From an uncultured bacterium (GTDB lineage Bacteria; Cyanobacteriota; Vampirovibrionia; Gastranaerophilales; Gastranaerophilaceae): 64,000 nt of DNA. Each line of letters begins with the position of its first letter. The first letter of the stretch is position 1. The translations under genes and the position numbers were made by a program. This document shows positions 38,886 through 47,271 of the stretch, one piece after another. The notes under the pieces were generated by a model. The model saw only the letters and a list, made by a program, of their open reading frames with translations. It made no database searches and was not told the DNA's origin. The stretch is taken from assembly GCA_902766395.1 (NCBI GenBank), contig CACXDL010000041.1, positions 1,400-65,399 of the forward strand. The letters are read 5' to 3'.

Positions 38886-40430
38886 ATGAAAAAAAATTTG
38901 ATAACTTTATTTATAATAACATCTTTCATATGTTCTCCGGCATATTGCCTGGATTTTAGAGGAATAAACCCCGTAGATCCCCTTGATAATAATCCTCAAA
39001 CATATATCGCAGAACCTATTAATCCTGCATATAAAATCAAAAGAGCAACTCTTACAAGAAATTCAATTAAAAATCAATACACTATTGCAATGAATAAATT
39101 TATGCAAAGTAATGTTCGCTCTTCATACATGGATTTTAGAAATTTAATTGACAGTATGCCATCAAATGACTATGCATACATGAGACTCACTCAAGAGATG
39201 GCTGCAATAGGATTTTTTAATCTTTCAGAACTCGCAATGTCCAAAATACAAGATAATGATATTACATCTGCACTTGAAACGGATGTGAAGAACTTCTACT
39301 ATCCATCATCAGAGCATTCACAAAAAGATCAATTATATCTTGCAGAAATGTATTCTAATATGATGTATAACGACCAAAGCAGAGAAGCAACAGCTGAACT
39401 TATGAAACAAACATCTTTACTTATGGATTCTGATTATGCAAACTATCTCGTCGCTTTTGGAAGTTCCAAAACAGGGAATATCAAACAGGCAAAAGAATAT
39501 ATAAATAAAGCAATTGCTAAAAATCCTACAAATATTAATTATAAAAGGCTAAAATCAGAAATTCTAGCTCAGACTGATAACCCTAGAGATGCAATCAACT
39601 GCCTTAATTCAATTAACTTAAATGATATTCACACCGTAATTTTCGATAAGGAAATGCATTCAACACAAGAATATGTTCTTTATAAATCGGCAAAAAATGA
39701 TTACCTGAAAAAATATCATCTGGCTCATTATTACTACGATAAAGGAGAACTAAATAAATCTCTCGGAGTTTTACAAACTTCTATTTCCGGAAAGAAAAAT
39801 ATTAATAAAGATGTATATGCCCTGACTGCAAAAGTTTATTTTGAGTTAAAAGAATTTGAAAAAGCTCAGGACTATGCTCTAAAATCTATTGATATACAAA
39901 AAGAGAACACTTTAGCTTTAACTGTTCTTGGGGATATTGCACTCAGAAATAAAAATTATAATGAAGCACAAAAATATTATAAAAAAATTGGCTCCCGCGA
40001 CGGTTCTCACTACGCTGAAATAGCGCTTGCAAAAATATATCAAAAACTAAATGAACAGGATAAAGCAAAAAATATTTATTCAAAAATACTAAAAGAATCC
40101 TCAAAAGCATATGAGGCATATTATCAAATGGCTTTAATCGAAAAGGACAGAGAGAATATATATCTAAAAAAATCTGTTGCCATTAATCCAAATTTCATTG
40201 ATGGCTGGATTGACCTTGCAAGATTGGAAATAAAAAAGGAAGATTTTGACAAAGCTATGGCATTCCTTGGAATATCAAAGTATATTGACGAAAATAATGA
40301 TAGATATTATTATTACCTTGGGCTTATTCAAAAAAACAAAGGTTTAGTGGCTGAAGCTCATAAAAATTTTGAACGCAGTTTAGAATTAAATCCGGATAAT
40401 TTGCTTGCAAAGAAGGAACTAAATATATGA
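38886..40430 (+). CDS. Secreted tetratricopeptide-repeat protein
   Basis: Signal peptide. Multiple TPR-like 34-aa units (A...Y..A......G....A...y.kal..nP). Confidence 0.8.
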   Translation: MKKNLITLFIITSFICSPAYCLDFRGINPVDPLDNNPQTYIAEPINPAYKIKRATLTRNSIKNQYTIAMNKFMQSNVRSSYMDFRNLIDSMPSNDYAYMRLTQEMAAIGFFNLSELAMSKIQDNDITSALETDVKNFYYPSSEHSQKDQLYLAEMYSNMMYNDQSREATAELMKQTSLLMDSDYANYLVAFGSSKTGNIKQAKEYINKAIAKNPTNINYKRLKSEILAQTDNPRDAINCLNSINLNDIHTVIFDKEMHSTQEYVLYKSAKNDYLKKYHLAHYYYDKGELNKSLGVLQTSISGKKNINKDVYALTAKVYFELKEFEKAQDYALKSIDIQKENTLALTVLGDIALRNKNYNEAQKYYKKIGSRDGSHYAEIALAKIYQKLNEQDKAKNIYSKILKESSKAYEAYYQMALIEKDRENIYLKKSVAINPNFIDGWIDLARLEIKKEDFDKAMAFLGISKYIDENNDRYYYYLGLIQKNKGLVAEAHKNFERSLELNPDNLLAKKELNI

Positions 40431-41074
40431 AAAAGAACTTATTAATAGTAGAAGATCATGAATTAACAAGATTTGGTCTAAAGACAACATTTGAAGATGT
40501 TGAATACGTTGAAACTATTTATGAAGCATCAAATGCCGAAGATGCCATAGAAATATTTAAAAACAATAAAATTGATATTGTTATTATGGATTTGGGCCTG
40601 CCGAATATGAACGGAATAGAAGCAACTCAGACCATACATTCTTTAAATGACGAAGCAAAAATAATTATACTAACATCTCATAATGATGAAAAAGAAGTTT
40701 TAAACAGCCTTAAAGCAGGAGCTAACGCATATTGTTCAAAGGAAATAAACCTACAACGCCTTGTACAGGTTGTTCAATCTGTTTCAGAAGGCGCAGCCTG
40801 GTTTGATCCAAGTATTGCTCATATAGTATTACAGGCCACAGCAAATACTGCAACCGAAGATAAAGAATCTAATTTTAAAGAATACGACCTGACCGCAAGA
40901 GAGGCTCAAATTCTTAAACTAATGACTGAAGGATACAGCAACATGGAAATCGCACAGCATCTTGTTATTAGCGTTAATACAACAAAAGCACATGTTGCCA
41001 GTATTTTGCAAAAATTAGAAGTTGATGACAGATTACAAGCAGCAATAAAGGCACTTAAATACAAAATTGTTTAA
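40427..41074 (+). CDS. NarL/FixJ-family response regulator (REC + LuxR HTH)
   Basis: Receiver Asp in IVIMDLGLPNMNG. LuxR HTH LTAREAQILKLMTEGYSNMEIAQHLVISVNTTKAHV. ATGA overlap with the TPR gene. Confidence 0.9.
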   Translation: MKKNLLIVEDHELTRFGLKTTFEDVEYVETIYEASNAEDAIEIFKNNKIDIVIMDLGLPNMNGIEATQTIHSLNDEAKIIILTSHNDEKEVLNSLKAGANAYCSKEINLQRLVQVVQSVSEGAAWFDPSIAHIVLQATANTATEDKESNFKEYDLTAREAQILKLMTEGYSNMEIAQHLVISVNTTKAHVASILQKLEVDDRLQAAIKALKYKIV

Positions 41075-41141
41075 TATACCTCTTGACTAAATTATAAAAA
41101 AATGTTTTTATTATTGAACAGAGAACACACAGGAGATGATT

Positions 41142-41684
41142 ATGCTAGATTATACAAAAGATGAGTTATTATCTTTAATAGGAAAAAGCCCTGAAAAATT
41201 TAATGAATGGAAACAAGGAGCTGATGATGAAATTGATTTAAGTGAAATGGATTTTTCAGGAATGTCATTGAAGGAAATTGATTTTAGCGGTGCAGATTTA
41301 AATTCAAGTTCTTTTGCAGATTGTGATTTATCTTTAATTAATTTTACAGATACGGATTTAACCTCTGTTGATTTTACAAGAGTTAATGCTGTAGAATGTG
41401 ATTTTACAGACAGTTTACTAAGTGGTGCAGATTGCAGTTATGCACAAATTACTTATTCAAATTTTGCAGGCTGCGATATGGCAGGATGTATCTTATCAGA
41501 AACAGATTTGTCAAATTCTGATTTATCTTCAGCTGAAAATTTATCCTCAGCCAGATTTGATAATGACACAGTATGGCCGGATACAGATATGATGCCGGAG
41601 GATTTTGATTCTGAATGCCATGATGATTTATCTGCACTTAAAGATGAAGATGATGCCCCAATAAGAAGTGATGGAGAATATTAA
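41142..41684 (+). CDS. Pentapeptide-repeat protein with an acidic tail
   Basis: About 20 consecutive A(D/N)LxX pentapeptides (ADLNSSSFADCDLSLINFTDTDLTSVDF...). The second ATG is preferred because of Shine-Dalgarno spacing. Confidence 0.8.
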   Translation: MLDYTKDELLSLIGKSPEKFNEWKQGADDEIDLSEMDFSGMSLKEIDFSGADLNSSSFADCDLSLINFTDTDLTSVDFTRVNAVECDFTDSLLSGADCSYAQITYSNFAGCDMAGCILSETDLSNSDLSSAENLSSARFDNDTVWPDTDMMPEDFDSECHDDLSALKDEDDAPIRSDGEY

Positions 41685-41685
41685 T

Positions 41686-42435
41686 ATGATAAAAGTAGCA
41701 GTATGCGGTGCTAACGGAAAGATGGGAAAAGAAGTATGCCTAGCCGTTAGTGAAAATTCTGATATGGAATTATGTGCAAAAATTGACTTATTTGGCGATG
41801 ATACATACAAAACAATAGAAGAAGCAAAAAAGAACTGTAATATTGATGTTTTAATTGATTTTACCCAACCTAAATCTATATATGAAAATGCAAAATATTG
41901 TTTAAATAACGGAATAAAAATTGTTATTGGAACAACAGGATTATCTGACGATCAAATAGAAGAATTGAAAACAATTTCAAATAAGAATTCTACAGGTTGT
42001 TTAATAGCTCCAAATTTTTCAACAGGAGCAGTTTTGATGATGATGTTTGCGGCACAAGCTGCAAAATATTTTGATAATGCAGAAATCATAGAGTTACACC
42101 ACAACCAAAAGAAGGATGCCCCATCAGGAACAGCTATAAAAACAGCATTAATGATGTCAAAAGCAAAAGAAACATTTAAAAAAGGTAACTGTGCTGAAAC
42201 AGAAACTATAAAAGGGGCAAGAGGCGGAACATCATACTCTGACATTCAAATTCACTCTGTAAGAATGCCCGGTTACACCGCATCTCAGGAAGTTATACTG
42301 GGTTCAAGCGGACAAGTTTTAACTATAAGACACGATTCTCCCGACAGAAAATGTTATATGCCTGGGGTAATAATGGCTGTTAAACACGTTGCTCAAAATA
42401 ACGATTTTGTCTACGGTCTGGAAAATATTTTATAA
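41686..42435 (+). CDS. dapB: 4-hydroxy-tetrahydrodipicolinate reductase
   Basis: VAVCGANGKMG Rossmann motif and E.HH..K.DAPSGTA motif. Start reassigned to the ATG at 41686 (GGAGA Shine-Dalgarno). Confidence 0.9.
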   Translation: MIKVAVCGANGKMGKEVCLAVSENSDMELCAKIDLFGDDTYKTIEEAKKNCNIDVLIDFTQPKSIYENAKYCLNNGIKIVIGTTGLSDDQIEELKTISNKNSTGCLIAPNFSTGAVLMMMFAAQAAKYFDNAEIIELHHNQKKDAPSGTAIKTALMMSKAKETFKKGNCAETETIKGARGGTSYSDIQIHSVRMPGYTASQEVILGSSGQVLTIRHDSPDRKCYMPGVIMAVKHVAQNNDFVYGLENIL

Positions 42436-42459
42436 AAAAAGGATTGAATCGATATTTTT

Positions 42460-42846
42460 TTAATTATCTTCTTTAATATTAAGAAATTTCCAAAAGCTTT
42501 TCCAAAATCCTTTAATATTTTGTTCGTGTAATATTGGGGCTGTTTCATAAAAATCTTTATAATTATTTATTATATTAACAGGTAAACTTTCGCCCTTTTC
42601 AAGAGTTTGATATATGAATTCAAGATAATCGTCCTGTTCTTCTTTATATAAAGGATCCCTAAGCCTCAAATCTTCATCGGCTTCATAATGAATTAATGCA
42701 TGATAAGCCGCAATCAATGAATCATCTTTCGTATCCCTTGGATACCTGATCATCGCTTCACGGACACATAAATTACCTAAACGGACAGCCTTCAAAAGCT
42801 GTCCGACAAATATTCGGTCATTTATACTGATATTATTTTCATCCAT
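42460..42846 (-). CDS. Hypothetical soluble protein (128 aa) coupled to the BlaI-like regulator
   Basis: Starts 4 nt after the regulator stop. No TM segment and no peptidase motif. No family recognised. Confidence 0.5.
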   Translation of the reverse strand: MDENNISINDRIFVGQLLKAVRLGNLCVREAMIRYPRDTKDDSLIAAYHALIHYEADEDLRLRDPLYKEEQDDYLEFIYQTLEKGESLPVNIINNYKDFYETAPILHEQNIKGFWKSFWKFLNIKEDN

Positions 42847-42850
42847 GATT

Positions 42851-43195
42851 TTATTTTACAAGATATTCTACAGTTTCTCTTTCAACAAAACGAACCATCT
42901 TTGAAACATCTCCGCCAAAGAAATTATTAGTAAATTCTCTCATCATATCAAGAGCCATTTCACGTTTATCCATAGTAGCTTTGTAAAAGAATTTCTTTCC
43001 GGTTTTATACCTTACCAAAATACTTTTAGATACAAGACGATCCATTACAGTTTTAATTGTAGTATATGCTCTTTCAACACCATTTGATGATAATTCATCA
43101 ACTACATCCTGAATAGAAATGTCTTTGTCTTCATTTTGTGAATTTAGAGTCCATATAGTGTTTAAAATTTCCATTTCAAGAAAACCACAAGCCAT
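42851..43195 (-). CDS. BlaI/MecI/CopY-family winged-helix repressor
   Basis: Start reassigned to the ATG at 43195 (AGGAGA Shine-Dalgarno). E.EILN.IW...........V...L.......YTTI.T...RL..K..L pattern and family-typical length (~114 aa). Confidence 0.75.
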   Translation of the reverse strand: MACGFLEMEILNTIWTLNSQNEDKDISIQDVVDELSSNGVERAYTTIKTVMDRLVSKSILVRYKTGKKFFYKATMDKREMALDMMREFTNNFFGGDVSKMVRFVERETVEYLVK

Positions 43196-43213
43196 AATAT
43201 AATCTCCTATAAA

Positions 43214-43238
43214 TGTAATATTACTATAATTGTAATAT
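43214..43238. promoter_or_regulatory. Candidate operator: TGTAA/TTAC half-site array overlapping the repressor promoter
   Basis: 10-bp perfect palindrome GTAATATTAC (43215-43224). Direct repeat TGTAATAT at 43214-43221 and 43231-43238. ATTAC-N7-GTAAT dyad. Overlaps the TTGTCA-N16-TACAAT promoter read on the minus strand. Confidence 0.35.
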
Positions 43239-43305
43239 AAAATTTTTTTTTGACAACCCTGTTTACAAAAAACTTTACAATATTGCATTACATATATTAT
43301 TCTTC

Positions 43306-43333
43306 TTGAAAAAAAGCTGAAAATAAGTATAAT
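43306..43333 (+). promoter_or_regulatory. Sigma-70-type promoter, leaderless geometry
   Basis: TTGAAA (43306-43311), 16-nt spacer, TATAAT (43328-43333), then 6 nt to the ATG at 43340. No Shine-Dalgarno. Confidence 0.5.
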
Positions 43334-43339
43334 AAGATT

Positions 43340-43963
43340 ATGATGAAAGCGTTTAAGATAATTATATTACTTGTATTCAGTATATTAACAATTGAAACAG
43401 TATCATTTTCACAAGAAATTGATACTGTTAAACTCGAAATGAGAGAGTCAGAAGGAGTTGCACTCCCTGCAGGAATAGTAATTTCGGTTATAAATATGCA
43501 GGGAATATCTACAAAAGATTGCCCTATTGGATACAAAACAAAATTTGTAACAACAAATGATTTATACATTGAAGATTCAAATGTTATTCCTGAAAATTCT
43601 GAATTTTATGGGTATATAGAAGAAATTCATGAACCTATAGTCGGAACAAATGCGTCAATGAAAGTTAAAATTACAAAACTTATACTTCCGGATGGCTATG
43701 AAATGCCTGTAAAGGGTTACCTATACTCTGCGAATAATAACCTGATAGGTGGCGAACTTACAGCTCCGGCTGAATGGGTTAAAATGCCTCATTATCAGGA
43801 CAAATTTCAAGGGATATCATGGATTCATAGAGGAGCAACTCTACAAATAAGACCCGGAGGAACAAGATCAATGGGAGTACACACAAATGTTCCGGCAGGA
43901 GAAAGACGACTTATAATACTGACAGCTCCTACAAATTTCACTCATATTTATTCAAATGACTAA
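43340..43963 (+). CDS. Secreted hypothetical protein, distant paralogue of the next gene
   Basis: Signal peptide. Motif ...IPENSEFYGYIEEI...MKVKITKLILPDGYEMPVKGYL resembles the G..i.G.v......g...l.l.f..i..p.G..i.i pattern of the downstream gene. Confidence 0.55.
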   Translation: MMKAFKIIILLVFSILTIETVSFSQEIDTVKLEMRESEGVALPAGIVISVINMQGISTKDCPIGYKTKFVTTNDLYIEDSNVIPENSEFYGYIEEIHEPIVGTNASMKVKITKLILPDGYEMPVKGYLYSANNNLIGGELTAPAEWVKMPHYQDKFQGISWIHRGATLQIRPGGTRSMGVHTNVPAGERRLIILTAPTNFTHIYSND

Positions 43964-44041
43964 TTATTTAATAAATTGACAAATTGCAGTAATAATGTAT
44001 TATTAATATTGATAAGAAATAAACTTACAGGGAGGTATAAG

Positions 44042-44773
44042 ATGATAAAAAGAAGTATTTTAGCACTTGCTATGATTCTCAGTACTTCAGCTCTTGCTTA
44101 TGGAACACAAAATTTTAGTTACACCAGCCAGGAAGCACCATCCTATACTCCTGAAAATTATGCACAGGAAAACTATAAAATTGACGCTCAAACTCTTAAA
44201 GGGAGTGTTATTACAGTGCCTGCCGGACAAACATTTAAAGGTGTGTTTATGGCTCCGGTAAGTTCTGAAACAGCGTACACAGGACAAGAAATAACACTGG
44301 CATTAAGCTCAGATTTTTACTATAACGGTAAAATGATTGCACCTGCAGGAAGTTCTATCATCGGAACAGTAATTGAAGTTGCGACAGCCAAACATGGCTC
44401 TCTGAACGGTAAACTTTCATTAAGATTTACAAAAATAATTACACCTAACGGTCAAACAATACCAATTTCAGCAATTATCAAAACAGATGATAATACAGGT
44501 ATCTTGTTAGGTGGAACTAAAATGGATACAACTAAAGAGTATGCTAAAGACTTAGCAATAGGGGCCGGTGCAGGAGCTATTATCGGAACTATTGCAGCTC
44601 CGTTATCAGGAGGAAGCGTAGGAAGAGGAGCAGCATTAATGACTGCTGTCGGTGCCGGAGGAGGTTTAGTTAAATCTATTTGGGATAAGGGAACAGAAGT
44701 TTCCATTCCTGTAAATGCCTCAATAGACTTAATTCTTACTCAACCGATTACGGTAAATCCAACCTCAATATAA
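44042..44773 (+). CDS. Secreted protein with a VirB10/TrbI-like beta-barrel pattern and a Gly-zipper insertion
   Basis: Start reassigned to the ATG at 44042 (GGGAGG Shine-Dalgarno) with signal peptide. VITVPAGQTF...IAPAGSSIIGTVIEV...GKLSLRFTKIITPNGQTIPISA...D..G...G...GTEVSIPVNASIDLILTQPI resembles TrbI/VirB10 C-terminal domains. Recognised by eye only. Confidence 0.45.
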   Translation: MIKRSILALAMILSTSALAYGTQNFSYTSQEAPSYTPENYAQENYKIDAQTLKGSVITVPAGQTFKGVFMAPVSSETAYTGQEITLALSSDFYYNGKMIAPAGSSIIGTVIEVATAKHGSLNGKLSLRFTKIITPNGQTIPISAIIKTDDNTGILLGGTKMDTTKEYAKDLAIGAGAGAIIGTIAAPLSGGSVGRGAALMTAVGAGGGLVKSIWDKGTEVSIPVNASIDLILTQPITVNPTSI

Positions 44774-44787
44774 ATACGCTAACCGGC

Positions 44788-44823
44788 TAATCATTTTATT
44801 TTAAGATTTTTATAAAATGATTA
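44788..44823. repeat. 12-bp inverted repeat in the intergenic region
   Basis: TAATCATTTTAT (44788-44799) and ATAAAATGATTA (44812-44823) separated by 12 nt. Could be a weak AT-rich terminator or attenuator, or a protein-binding dyad. Confidence 0.4.
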
Positions 44824-44852
44824 GGACAACAAATAATTGATTAGGGAAAACA

Positions 44853-46085
44853 ATGTCACTATTAGGTAAGTACACAGAAAAAACAATATACAAAAGAAGA
44901 GAGTTAAATTCAGAAAAAGAATATAGAATGCCTGCCGTTACAAGAAAAATCAATGACGGGTCTATATCATTAAAGAAGGGTATTGCTATTTCAGCACTAT
45001 TACACCCGGTTACTCTGGGTATAATAGCATTGATATTGTTAATTCTTGCATTTTTCGGAATAAATTTAGCTATTTTTAATCATCCGAAACCGAAAGTAAA
45101 CGACATTGAATTTGTATTGGTTGATAAGGAAGAAACACCTTTAAACAAAAATACAAAATACAGAGCAGACAGAAATTCCAGAACAGGAGGAATAAATAAT
45201 CCAAAATTACCTGTATCGATGCCGTCGGCACCTGCAGCACCATCATCAAAACCTGCAGGAGGGGGAGCAAGCAATGCACCGAAGAAAACAACAATAAACA
45301 AAATTCTGCAGAGTGTAACGCAACCTAAAGCTCCTTCACCTAAACAACCAACGACAACAACTCAGAAGAATGTAAAGCCGTCACCAACAGTGACACAAGC
45401 TATTCCAAAGCCTGAAGTTGCACGTCCGCAACCACCGTCACAACGACCATCTATCAGACCGTCGTTAACGCCTAAGACTGTTCAGAGACCAACGAATTCA
45501 CCATTTAAAGTTCCTGTCCCGTCCGGTGGAACAACTACAGGACAATATGCAACAGGTCCAATAAGCGGATCAGGAACATCTAAAAATGGAGGCTCAAGCG
45601 GATCAGGAAATTATTCACCAAATCCATCATTGGCACCTATTGGCGGAGGCTCAGGGACTAAAACAGCTTCCAGAGGAACCGGTTCAGGCACAGGATCAGG
45701 CCGCGGTTCAGGATATGGCGGGGGATCAGGCTCCGGAGGGGGTAACCCTGGAGGAGGCGGAGGCCGCCCAGGCATAGATGCAATTAAAGAACCTGATTTC
45801 GGGCCTTACATGAGAGAACTCCAAAGACGTATAAAAATGAACTGGGATCCTCCAAAAGGAAATGAAAGTAAACGTGTAGTTCTTTTATTCAAGATTGCTA
45901 AAGACGGGAGATTATTATCATGCAGCGTCTTTAAATCTTCAGGATTACAAAATGCAGATAAAGCGGCTATAAATGCAGTTCATTTGGCCGCACCATTCAG
46001 ACCTTTACCGCCTGAATATAAAGGACAAAGTATAGATATCCAATTTACGTTTGATTATAACGTATTCGGAGCAACAAAATATTAG
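44853..46085 (+). CDS. TolA/TonB-family energy-transducer protein
   Basis: N-terminal TM anchor, long Pro-rich then Gly/Ser-rich linker, C-terminal domain YMRELQRRIKMNWDPP...KDGRLLSCSVFKSSGLQNADKAAINAV..AAPFRPLP. Confidence 0.75.
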   Translation: MSLLGKYTEKTIYKRRELNSEKEYRMPAVTRKINDGSISLKKGIAISALLHPVTLGIIALILLILAFFGINLAIFNHPKPKVNDIEFVLVDKEETPLNKNTKYRADRNSRTGGINNPKLPVSMPSAPAAPSSKPAGGGASNAPKKTTINKILQSVTQPKAPSPKQPTTTTQKNVKPSPTVTQAIPKPEVARPQPPSQRPSIRPSLTPKTVQRPTNSPFKVPVPSGGTTTGQYATGPISGSGTSKNGGSSGSGNYSPNPSLAPIGGGSGTKTASRGTGSGTGSGRGSGYGGGSGSGGGNPGGGGGRPGIDAIKEPDFGPYMRELQRRIKMNWDPPKGNESKRVVLLFKIAKDGRLLSCSVFKSSGLQNADKAAINAVHLAAPFRPLPPEYKGQSIDIQFTFDYNVFGATKY

Positions 46086-46120
46086 TATAAAGTTAATAGA
46101 AAAAGTGAGGATAAAAAATT

Positions 46121-46771
46121 ATGGAACTATTATGGGAATCGATTAAAATGGACTGGCCGGTATTGTTACCGATTTTTGTGTGTTCAATACTTGTAGTAGG
46201 TGTAGTAATAAGCAAGTGGTCTTTTTATAATAAAAATAAAAGAGAAATTGCAATATACATGAGAGAGCTTAGTAGAGCATTACAAAATAATGACTTAAGA
46301 GCAGCTCAGGACACCGCCCTAAATTGCGGTGGAGTCATCGGAGAAGTAATTGAAGAAGCTGTAAGAATCTTCACCGAACAAAGAAAAGGATTCTCAAGAT
46401 CGTTCGATATATCTGCAGCATTAGCAACCAGAAAATTAGAAAGTCATCTGACAATCTTAGGTACAATTGGTGGTGTTGCACCTTTCTTAGGTTTGTTTGG
46501 TACTGTTGTGAGAATTTTGTTAACATTTAATATTTTGGCAGATGCAGGAAACCAGGCAGCAACTGTTGCTTCAGGTATTGGTTCAGCGTTAATCGCAACT
46601 GCATTTGGTTTGGGAGTAGCAATTGTTGCAGTTATCTTCTTTAACTCATTCCAATCAATAGTAAAACATTTTGAAGATGACTTCCAACTAATCAAGTTGT
46701 TATTCTTAAGTTTTACAGATTCTGAAGAAGAAAAAACACAAAAGTATTCTTCCACAAAAGTAAATTTATAA
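46121..46771 (+). CDS. MotA/TolQ/ExbB proton-channel protein
   Basis: Three TM segments with LGTIGGVAPFLGLFGTV..IL and ALIATAFGL motifs. Confidence 0.85.
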   Translation: MELLWESIKMDWPVLLPIFVCSILVVGVVISKWSFYNKNKREIAIYMRELSRALQNNDLRAAQDTALNCGGVIGEVIEEAVRIFTEQRKGFSRSFDISAALATRKLESHLTILGTIGGVAPFLGLFGTVVRILLTFNILADAGNQAATVASGIGSALIATAFGLGVAIVAVIFFNSFQSIVKHFEDDFQLIKLLFLSFTDSEEEKTQKYSSTKVNL

Positions 46772-46783
46772 TAGGTAAAAAAA

Positions 46784-47269
46784 ATGGCATTCGGAAACAA
46801 TAAAGAAGGAAAAATATTTTCTGAAATAAACATTACACCATTAACAGACATTTTTCTAGTTTTGTTAATCATAATGATGGTAGTTGCACCTTCATTTCAA
46901 TCAAATGATACGGCTGTTGATGTTCCTGAAATTAATAATGGAATAAATATTGAAGAAGCCAAAGTAACAGTATCAGTAACACATGATGGAGCAATGTATG
47001 TAAACGGTCAACCAATAAATCCTTCAGAATTAACAGATAAATTGATTGCTGTTAAAGATCCTGCTCTTGAAGGGAAACAAGAGGTTGTCGTTAAAGCCGA
47101 CAAAAACATAAAAAGCGGTAAAATAATGGATATTATGGATGCTGCTCAAAATGCCGAATACAAAAAACTTATTGTTGCCGGAGAACCTTTAAATAAGAAA
47201 GAACAAAAGGACTTGGAACGTAATGCTCAAAGGCAACAGACCGTTAATATTCCGACGGAGGAAGAGTAG
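46784..47269 (+). CDS. ExbD/TolR-family protein (long form)
   Basis: EINITPLTDIFLVLLIIMMV TM motif with the conserved Asp, then a periplasmic domain. Confidence 0.85.
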   Translation: MAFGNNKEGKIFSEINITPLTDIFLVLLIIMMVVAPSFQSNDTAVDVPEINNGINIEEAKVTVSVTHDGAMYVNGQPINPSELTDKLIAVKDPALEGKQEVVVKADKNIKSGKIMDIMDAAQNAEYKKLIVAGEPLNKKEQKDLERNAQRQQTVNIPTEEE

Positions 47270-47271
47270 TC

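Noticed and set aside
43976-44041. N-terminal extensions produced by upstream TTG/GTG starts in the ORF track (also 3688, 28904, 29414, 35278, 41668, 43288, 14081, 17266, 62521, 58830)
   Set aside because: In each case an in-frame ATG with a well-spaced AGGAG/GGAG-type Shine-Dalgarno, or the start of a signal peptide or conserved N-terminal motif, lies downstream. The extensions add non-conserved residues, so the shorter models were used.
45160-45790. Locally GC-richer segment with overlapping alternate-frame ORFs (45076-45301, 45586-45777)
   Set aside because: It is explained by the Pro-rich and Gly/Ser-rich linker of the TolA/TonB-like protein (CCN/GGN codons). It is not evidence of foreign DNA or of extra genes.
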